Origin: Elusimicrobiota bacterium
Lineage (GTDB): Bacteria > Elusimicrobiota > Elusimicrobia > UBA1565 > UBA9628
Assembly (NCBI GenBank): GCA_016191335.1
Contig: JACPOW010000010.1
Location: 34,469-98,468 of the forward strand
Length of the DNA stretch: 64,000 nucleotides
Direction of reading: 5' to 3'
Shown: piece by piece, positions 27,474 through 34,422 of the stretch
How the letters are laid out: every line of letters starts with the position of its first letter
Position numbering within the stretch: the first letter of the stretch is position 1
Made by a program: the position numbers and the translations under genes
The notes under the pieces: generated by a model
Database searches by the model: none
The model's input: only the letters and a program-made list of their open reading frames with translations
What the model was told of the DNA's origin: nothing

Positions 27474-27872
27474 GTGTCGCCGAGATTTTTGACGCTCTCC
27501 GAAATCCTCGGATTCCACGAAGAACTGATTCGTGATTTTGGGGGAAGTCCCGGCATCCGGGACCTGGGCCTGGCGGAATCAGCTGTCGCCATGCCTCAGG
27601 CCGGGGCAGGGGGCGAATTCTTTCATGTGTTCCCTTTTGAGATGGCGGCAGCCTACGCCTACCACATCGCCCAGAATCATCCGTTCGTGGATGGGAACAA
27701 ACGGACGGCGTTCGCGTCCGCCCTAACGTTTCTGGAGCTCAACGGATATCTAGTCATGGGAGGAGAGGACGCCCTGGAGGCTGCGACACGAAAAATCGCC
27801 TCCGGGAAACTCGACAAGAAGGGGTTCGCCGTACTCCTCGAAAAAACCTACAACGATCACAAGGGGACCTGA
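27474..27872 (+). CDS. doc: Doc (death-on-curing) / Fic-fold toxin
   Basis: GTG start. Fic/Doc motif HPFVDGNKRTAFASALTFLELNG (HxFx(D/N)GNKR). Confidence 0.85.
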   Translation: MSPRFLTLSEILGFHEELIRDFGGSPGIRDLGLAESAVAMPQAGAGGEFFHVFPFEMAAAYAYHIAQNHPFVDGNKRTAFASALTFLELNGYLVMGGEDALEAATRKIASGKLDKKGFAVLLEKTYNDHKGT

Positions 27873-27881
27873 AATTTTAAT

Positions 27882-28193
27882 GTGCCTGATAACCCCAAAG
27901 CAACAGACGGGGCCGACCAATCCCCGCCCGAACGCCTCTCCAAAAAAGAGTTCGCGAAGAAGATGCGTCGCGAAGCTTATTTGCGGATCAAGGAATTCCG
28001 CACGACTGATCCCCGTCAGATTGCCAGGATAGAAAATCCAAAGCAGAAAGACGCGATGCCTATCAGAAGTCCAAAGAGCGATGGGAGGCCGCACAGGCTG
28101 AACGCAAACGCACGCCGTAAACTTATCGAGGGAATACAGTGCGACAGGCTTTTCGGCATCGACTGGAATCTGCGTGTAGCGGCAAAGTGGTGA
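27882..28193 (+). CDS. Hypothetical small protein within the island
   Basis: 103-aa ORF, lower GC, no recognisable motifs. Confidence 0.3.
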   Translation: MPDNPKATDGADQSPPERLSKKEFAKKMRREAYLRIKEFRTTDPRQIARIENPKQKDAMPIRSPKSDGRPHRLNANARRKLIEGIQCDRLFGIDWNLRVAAKW

Positions 28194-28370
28194 CCGTTTG
28201 GCGAGAGGTAGTCGAGCTTCATCCAGTTGCTGAACGCGGGACTTGAATCTTAGAATCCAGCTCGCCAACGGGGCATCTGCAATAGCTACAACGGGTTAAT
28301 TGCAATGATTCTGGCGGGCTGTTTGCACCGCCAGACTCTGCACGTCACATCTGCATGTCTTCACGCCTCC

Positions 28371-30102
28371 TTATTTGAGGACCAGATTGGAAAGGCCGTT
28401 TTTCTCGAAGGCCTCGGCGTAGCGTTCCTCGTGAGCCCGCAGGTTCTTGAAGTATTCTTCGAGGGACATCTTCGAGACGGCTTCGCGGCCGAATTGACGC
28501 TCAAGGTCGCGCGCCGATAAGCGGGACTCGAGCTTCTCCCAGAAATTCTCCTCGTCATATTCCTCGATATGCGGCTCCAGGACCGGCTCCATGTCTTTCT
28601 CCACGTAGGCTTCCAGTCCCGCATCCTTGGCGCGCGAATACACGAGTTCGCTCACATCCCGATACTCCTTGACGATGTCCGCGGGGTCGCGCAGGGAGTT
28701 GGCCAGCCAGTCGCCCATGTAAACGAGATTGACGAGAGCTTTGTATTGCTTCGGGGTCAAGGCGATTTCCATGATTTTCTCCGCGGCCGGGCCGGCCGGC
28801 TCTCCTCGAAATAATTCGGCGCGCAATCTCGCGATCCCGTAGACCGGACGGCCGTCCCGGCTTTGCCGCTCCTCGCTGTTCTCGAAGTCCTTGAGCAGTT
28901 CGTCCAAGAGAGGCCGCGTGGCGGGATCGGCGACGGCTTGACGCGGGGTCAGGCCTCTCAAGGCCGGCACGGGCAGGTCCGGCCAGCGGCGGTAATGCTC
29001 GTCCAGGTGTTTGCCGATGATTTGAGCCTCGAGCTCCTTGGGAAGAACATCTTTTTCCGGCCCCTCCGTCTTCGCGACCGGCGCCTTCAAAGGGGTTCGT
29101 CGGGAGATTTTGAGGCGGACCAAGGAGCCCAGGCGCTCCTCCAGAAGCGCCGTCAAGGCGTCCATCCTTTCTTGGGACAGGCAAAAAGAAAAAAGCTCGG
29201 TCGAGGTGAGGGTCAGAGTGCCCCGGATGCTGACGCCGGCGCCGGCGTCCCGCGGCGCCGGCCCATCGTGGAGCCAGTTGAACACGAGCCCGCCCGGCTT
29301 GTCGTTGGATTCTCCCGCCTTTGAGAAGTCGGCCATGTCCTCCAGGCGGCGCCGAACCTCCGCGCCATCCGTCACGTCGAACACAGCGTCGGTGGGGGTG
29401 ACCAACTCCCGTGTCGAGGTGACCACGACCGGGCCGGGCTGTCGGGCGACCATCTCCTCGATAAAACAGTTGAGGTCGGCACCGGCAGCCTTCAAGTAGT
29501 CCGGCGCCGCGGCCTCCGGCTGACTTTCCCGCATCTCCGCGAGGCCGTCTCGGACGTAAGCGAGGATCTCGTCCTTGGCGCTTCGCGAGATGCCTATAAA
29601 TCATGTCCCAGGTGTGAAGCTGGCGGGAGGCGTTTTTACTGTTGACGGCGTACTCCTCACCGGTCACCAGGTCCTTCAAGCGCAAGGCGGCGCCGGGGTC
29701 GACGGCCGAGACTTCGAAGAAGGACTTCCAATTCTTCAGCCAACCGGTCAGAAGAGCGAGTTCTTCGGCGGGCAGGGACCGGCCGCGGGCGTCGAGGAAT
29801 AGATCGAGCAGAAAACGGCCTGAGGGCGGAAAGGGGAAATCATGGACGAAGTAGTCCATGAAATCCAAGAAGCGGCCATCCTTTTCCTCCGGCGCCCCCG
29901 CGATATTGGTTCCCCACCGCTCCTGCGCCTGAGCGATATATTTATGATTATGGTCGAGCGCCTGGACGAAATTCATGATTTTTCGCCGCAGGGACCCATC
30001 GACGTCGGGCAGCGCGCCCGAGGCTGACTCGGGGGGCAGGCAGCATTTTTTGTGTTTCCGGCCGCTCCCGCACGGGCAGGGAGCGTTGCGGGCGATGTCC
30101 AT
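28371..30102 (-). pseudogene. SEC-C motif domain protein disrupted by a single-nt frameshift near 29560-29580 (two overlapping ORFs, 28371..29534 and 28555..30102, each sensible only in part)
   Basis: N-terminus MDIARNAPCPCGSGRKHKKCC is a SEC-C metal-binding motif. The protein-like frame switches around ...WDMIYRHLAKRQ / ...SRSAKDEILAYVRDGLAEMRESQ. Removing one nt in GCGAAGCGCC would give continuous ...HLAKAKDEILAYV.... Confidence 0.5.
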
Positions 30103-30445
30103 AGGGCTATTTTAGCTCAATTCCGGCTACGTCAGTCGTCGCGTCGCCGGGCCGCGGCTGATTTTACCGACTCGGACGCGGGACGCAGGTGTTGAGCAGG
30201 CGGCGGGCGAGTTCGGCAGCACGCACCGGTTCACTCTTTCAACTCAGTTTTGATATCGACGAGACCTTGCTCATCGACCGCGTAGCGGTATCCACACGCC
30301 AACTCGCCGCGCGTCCCCGCCGGCCCGCATCAAGCTGCGAAGCTTTCAAAAGAAGAGCTGGCCGCGCTCTTGAGCGAACTGCCGGACAGTAATACCTTCA
30401 TATACAAACTTCTATAGGCAATTCTGTCCGCGTTCAATCTAGAAC

Positions 30446-30464
30446 TGGTCACAAAAGTGGTCAC
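30446..30464. repeat. Right-end copy of the paired TGGTCAC motif (TGGTCACAAAAGTGGTCAC), about 190 bp inside the right island boundary
   Basis: Same 12-bp box spacing and orientation as 27149-27167; shared AAAAGTGGTCACTTT core. Confidence 0.5.
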
Positions 30465-30655
30465 TTTGACCTGAAACCCCTTTTGCGATTTTTCGATGAA
30501 AATCAGAAATCGCCTTGGGCTGCAGCATATATTTTCTTTAGGGAACCGCAAAAGCCAACGGTTTAGCGAACCGTCCATCCGTCGAGAAATCGCAATCGCC
30601 TCGCTTTTCGGCCGGAAAAAAGTTACGATGTCGAAAGCAGTTTTTTCCAATTTCT

Positions 30656-30745
30656 GGAGAGGTGGGTGAGCGGCTGAAACCGACGGTTTGCTAAACCGTT
30701 GTACGGCGTAAAGCTGTACCGAGGGTTCGAATCCCTCCCTCTCCG
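30656..30745 (+). tRNA. tRNA-Ser (anticodon GCT), type II with long variable arm; 3-prime CCA not encoded
   Basis: Acceptor GGAGAGG/CCTCTCC with discriminator G. 3-bp D-stem. Anticodon stem ACGGT/ACCGT with loop TTGCTAA. Variable arm GTAC...GTAC. T-arm GAGGG-TTCGAAT-CCCTC. Confidence 0.9.
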
Positions 30746-30827
30746 TGCCTTTTTTAATAGACGTTAAGGATGCACGGGTCTTAGCGCAGCTGGCGGGGAC
30801 TCGTGCCGACTCCGAGTCCTTACATGA

Positions 30828-30866
30828 GGAGGCCGGGCCTCGGGAGAGGTCCGGCCTTCCTTTTTC
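30828..30866 (+). terminator. Rho-independent terminator (9-bp GC-rich stem, 14-nt loop, TTTTT) downstream of tRNA-Ser; overlaps the stop codon of the convergent minus-strand gene
   Basis: GGAGGCCGG...CCGGCCTTCC followed by TTTTT at 30861-30865. Confidence 0.45.
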
Positions 30867-32082
30867 AGAAGAGGAACATCGCCTTGACGCTGCCGCCGTC
30901 CCAGGCCTTGCCGGGCTTGTCGACGTCGAGGACGCCGCCCAAGGTGATCAGGCCGGCCGAGCCGAACTTGACCTCGAGGGAGGCGCCGAGCTTGGCCTCG
31001 CCCACGGACTCGTAGCGCTCGGAGGCGCCGCCGACCGGATGGCGGACCCGGTTCTCGCCCAGGGAGAAGGAGGGGGACAGCTCGCTCGTCAGGCGCGCGT
31101 TCAGGCTGCGGCGCCAGCGCAGGTAGGGCTGGATCTCCCAGCGCCGGTAGAGGGTCCCCGACGCCGGCATGCCAGGGATGTCGGTGCGCGCGGCGCGAAG
31201 AAGGAAGGCCGCGCCTGGCTCGAGCTCGTCGTCCGGCGACGGCCGCAGGCGCGCGGAGGCCGACGCCTCGTGCACCTTGCGACGGGCCTCCTCGGAGGTC
31301 CCCGTCCCGCCGGGAGCCACGGTGTTGATCTTCGCCTGCTCCTCATATGAGTAGCGCAATCTGGGGGCCCAGTTATCGTCCGAGCCGGCCTCGGCCCGGA
31401 CGCGCGTGCGGCGGTAGAAGAAGGAGCGCCTCTCGTCGGGCACCAGCCGCCGCGTCGCCTCGTCGAGGTCGCCGGAAAGCCGCAGGCTCCAAGCCCCGAG
31501 CGGCGCCTTGAAGGAGACCTCGTCCGTGTAGGGCTTCAGCGAGTAGCTCTGCGTGGTGCTGCCGCGCCCGTTGAGGTTCCAGTCCACGGCCGCCCGGCGC
31601 GCCCGCGCTTCCCAGCCCCCGCGCCGCCAGCGCACGCCGGCGCCGATGTCCGCGTCTTCCTTGCGATAAGTGGGCTCGCCGAACACTTCGGCCGACCAGC
31701 CCGCGCCCAGGTCGTGCTCGAATTCGATCCAGTGGTGTATCTCTTGCCGGTCTTTGTCGGAGAGCTCCACGAACCGGAATCGGAACTCAAGCTTGGGTGT
31801 CAGGCGTCGCGTGAACAAGAGGGTCTGGTCCAGGTAGAGGTCGCAGCAATCAAGGGACGCGCCGTTAACGCGGTAACCACCCGTGGACGCGGCCCACGCG
31901 TCATCCCACGCCCTCGACCAAGCGAAGCTGTTGAGGTCGAGAAAATACTCTGAGTCGAATAAAGGTTCCGTGTCGGTGCGATCCATCAGGGATCGTGTAA
32001 ATACCGCCTGACCCGGTATGGACATCAACATCAAAACGGCGGGAAATATAAACCGCTTCACGCCGTTATTATAGAATCTCAT
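30865..32082 (-). CDS. Hypothetical outer-membrane beta-barrel protein (signal peptide, amphipathic beta-strand pattern, C-terminal F)
   Basis: 405 aa. N-terminus KRFIFPAVLMLMSIPGQA. Alternating hydrophobic pattern throughout. C-terminus ...VKAMFLF is typical of OMPs. Confidence 0.45.
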   Translation of the reverse strand: MRFYNNGVKRFIFPAVLMLMSIPGQAVFTRSLMDRTDTEPLFDSEYFLDLNSFAWSRAWDDAWAASTGGYRVNGASLDCCDLYLDQTLLFTRRLTPKLEFRFRFVELSDKDRQEIHHWIEFEHDLGAGWSAEVFGEPTYRKEDADIGAGVRWRRGGWEARARRAAVDWNLNGRGSTTQSYSLKPYTDEVSFKAPLGAWSLRLSGDLDEATRRLVPDERRSFFYRRTRVRAEAGSDDNWAPRLRYSYEEQAKINTVAPGGTGTSEEARRKVHEASASARLRPSPDDELEPGAAFLLRAARTDIPGMPASGTLYRRWEIQPYLRWRRSLNARLTSELSPSFSLGENRVRHPVGGASERYESVGEAKLGASLEVKFGSAGLITLGGVLDVDKPGKAWDGGSVKAMFLF

Positions 32083-32084
32083 CG

Positions 32085-32420
32085 ATGACCGCCGCCGAAT
32101 TCTGGCCTTACTATGTGTCTCAGCATCTGAACCCGATCAATCGGCGTTTACACGCCGTGGGAACGACGTTGGGGATCGTTCTTGGCGCCGTGGCCCTCAT
32201 AACGAGTACTCCATTCGTTGCCGTTCTAGCCGTTGCCGTCGCGTATGGGTGCGCCTGGGCCGGTCACTTTTTTTACGAAAAGAATCGACCGGCGACTTTT
32301 ACTTATCCGTTGTTGTCGTTACGCGCCGACTTCCGCATGTATTGGCTGATCCTGCGCGGCGAGATGGACACCGAGATCCTTCTTCTTCTGAAAGACCTCA
32401 AGCGCCTGCGTCAGCCTTAA
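32085..32420 (+). CDS. DUF962 (Mpo1-like) membrane protein
   Basis: MTAAEFWPYYVSQHLNPINRRLHAVGTT...GHFFYEKNRPATFTYPLLSLRADFRMY is the DUF962 signature. Confidence 0.6.
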   Translation: MTAAEFWPYYVSQHLNPINRRLHAVGTTLGIVLGAVALITSTPFVAVLAVAVAYGCAWAGHFFYEKNRPATFTYPLLSLRADFRMYWLILRGEMDTEILLLLKDLKRLRQP

Positions 32421-34323
32421 AGAACGCTTCGAGGTCGTCCAACCCGTTCAGCTTCTTACACGGCGGCAGGGACCGCAAGAACGTCTTCCCGTACCCCTTC
32501 TTGAGCACCCGCGAGTCCAGGCACACCACCGCCCCGCGGTCCGTTCCGGTGCGGATGAGTCGCCCGAACCCCTGCCTGAACTTCATCACCGCCCGCGGCA
32601 GCGACCAGTCCTTGAAGTAATCCCGCCCGTTCTCCTCGAGCCAGCGCCTGCGCGCCTCCTCGAGCGCCGACGAGACGTTGGGGAACGGCAGCTTGACCAG
32701 AACCACGCACGACAGAGCCTCGCCCGGCACGTCGATGCCCTGCCAGAAGGTGTCCACGCCGAGGAGGACCGCGTCGCCGGCGTCCTCGAACTCGCGCACC
32801 AGGGCCTCGTGGCCGGAGGCGCCCTGCGCCCACACCGGGCGGCCGGGGATCTTCTTGCGCAGGAGGCCGTGGACGCGCTTGAGCAGCTTCCAGGAGGAGA
32901 ACAGGAGGAAGACCCCGCCCGGCACGCGCGCGACGATGTCGGCGCACATCTGCGTGACGGCGGCGGCGTGGGCCTCCTCGTCCTTGGGGTCGGGGACGCC
33001 CTCGACGGCCCAGAAGGCGGCCTGGGTGGAGTAGTCGTAGGGCGAGTCGAGGACCAGCTCGCGCGCCTCGGGCAGGCCGACGCGCGACTTGAAGTCCTTG
33101 AGGCCGTCGCCGATGGAGAGCGTGGCCGAGGTCAGTATGGCGGGGATGCCGCGGGAGAACAGGCCCTCGGCCAGGCGGCGGCCCACGTCGAGCGGGGCGG
33201 CGCGCAGCTCCGGGCCGGTGCGCGGCCAGGCCACCCAGCGGGCGGTCGCCGACGAGTCGGGCTTGAGCACGGCCATCAGGTCGTGGCCGAACTGCGCCAC
33301 GCGCGCGTGGAGCATGCGCATCTCGGTCTCGTCGGGGCGGCCCTCGGCGGCGGCCGCGGCCTCGGCCAGCGCCTTGTCGAGGGCGAGGAGCTCGGGCGGC
33401 GGGGCGTCGGGCGTATGCTCGAGCAGCTTGCCCTGGTTCTCCTCGTCGGGGGCGTTCAGGCCGCTGCCGCGGGCGAGGTCCTCTAAAAAGCGGCCGAGCC
33501 CGGAGGCCGCCTCGTCGGCCAGGGCCGACAGCGACTCGTCGGCGTACAGCTTGGCGGCGACGCGCACCTCCTCGGTCAGGGCCACGGCGCGGCCGAGGCC
33601 CGCGGCCACGCCGTAGCGCGCGGACGCCGCGTCCTCCAGGTTGTGCGCCTCGTCGAGGATCATCGCGTCGGAGGGGGGCAGGCGCGCGCCCGAGAGCAGG
33701 AGTGCGTGGTTGACGACGAGGATGTGGGCGCGGTCGGCGCGCTCCCGGTCGCGCCGCCACAGGCAGCGGTCCCAGTACGGGCCGCCGGGGCCCATGCAGA
33801 TGTCGGTGTCGCGCGCGACGCGGTCCCACAGGTTCTGCGGGATCAGCTCGGGCAGGTTCGAGCGGTGGCCGGTCTGCGCGTCGCGCGTCCACGCGTCGAG
33901 CCGGTCCAAGATGTCCTTGCCGGTCTCGGAGACGGTGTCGGGCCGCGCGCGCAGGCGCGCCAGGCGCTGGACGCACAGATAATTGTCCGCGCCCATGAGC
34001 ATCGCGTAGCGCAAGGGAAGGCCGAGGGCCTCCAGCGCCTTCGCGGCCGTGGGCAGCTCGTGGTTGAGGAGCTGCTCCTGAAGAGCGCGAGTATGCGTGG
34101 ACACGATCACGCGCCGGTCGCGCGTCACCGCCCACAGCGCCGCGGGCAGGAGGTACGCGAGGCTTTTCCCGACGCCGGTGCCCGCCTCCACGACGAGGTC
34201 CCCGCCGCGCTCGAGCGATTGCCACACCGCCCCGGCCATCGCTTCCTGGGGCGGGCGGGGCTCGTAGCCGGAACGGGCGCGCGCCAAAGCGCCTTCAGGC
34301 CCGAACAACGCGGCGAGGTCCAT
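32398..34323 (-). CDS. DinG/Rad3-family ATP-dependent DNA helicase (DEAH box)
   Basis: VVEAGTGVGKSLAYLLPA (Walker A); ILDEAHNLED (DEAH); C-terminal helicase motifs GAVVCLDSRVLKKGYG. Convergently overlaps the DUF962 gene by 23 nt. Confidence 0.8.
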   Translation of the reverse strand: MDLAALFGPEGALARARSGYEPRPPQEAMAGAVWQSLERGGDLVVEAGTGVGKSLAYLLPAALWAVTRDRRVIVSTHTRALQEQLLNHELPTAAKALEALGLPLRYAMLMGADNYLCVQRLARLRARPDTVSETGKDILDRLDAWTRDAQTGHRSNLPELIPQNLWDRVARDTDICMGPGGPYWDRCLWRRDRERADRAHILVVNHALLLSGARLPPSDAMILDEAHNLEDAASARYGVAAGLGRAVALTEEVRVAAKLYADESLSALADEAASGLGRFLEDLARGSGLNAPDEENQGKLLEHTPDAPPPELLALDKALAEAAAAAEGRPDETEMRMLHARVAQFGHDLMAVLKPDSSATARWVAWPRTGPELRAAPLDVGRRLAEGLFSRGIPAILTSATLSIGDGLKDFKSRVGLPEARELVLDSPYDYSTQAAFWAVEGVPDPKDEEAHAAAVTQMCADIVARVPGGVFLLFSSWKLLKRVHGLLRKKIPGRPVWAQGASGHEALVREFEDAGDAVLLGVDTFWQGIDVPGEALSCVVLVKLPFPNVSSALEEARRRWLEENGRDYFKDWSLPRAVMKFRQGFGRLIRTGTDRGAVVCLDSRVLKKGYGKTFLRSLPPCKKLNGLDDLEAFFKADAGA

Positions 34324-34349
34324 GCGCCATTGTAGTATTTCGCCCCGTT

Positions 34350-34420
34350 GGGGTCAGACCTCCCGTTGTTGCGAACTTGGGGTCTGACCCCGACAACGCA
34401 ACAGCGGGAGGTCTGACCCC
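34350..34420. repeat. REP/MITE-like palindromic element, copy A: 24-nt arm GGGGTCAGACCTCCCGTTGTTGCG, inner palindrome GGGGTCTGACCCC, inverted arm CGCAACAGCGGGAGGTCTGACCCC. Lies 3 nt after the giant-gene stop.
   Basis: Read directly. Near-identical to the element at 46877-46984. Confidence 0.6.
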
Positions 34421-34422
34421 GC

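Larger units (their letters stand above)
27007..30650. mobile_element. About 3.6 kb low-GC genomic island (decayed integrative element) inserted at tRNA-Ser(GCT), bounded by the 44-bp direct repeats. Carries a Doc/AbrB-type TA pair and a frameshifted SEC-C-motif gene. No integrase detected.
   Basis: Flanking direct repeats. Visibly lower GC and AT-rich intergenic stretches. TA module. Paired TGGTCAC motifs near both ends. Disrupted cargo gene. Confidence 0.5.

Noticed and set aside
30762-30815. Possible second tRNA or small RNA after tRNA-Ser (TAGCGCAGCTGG resembles a D-arm)
   Set aside because: No acceptor stem, anticodon stem or T-arm could be folded. Likely just tRNA trailer sequence before the terminator.
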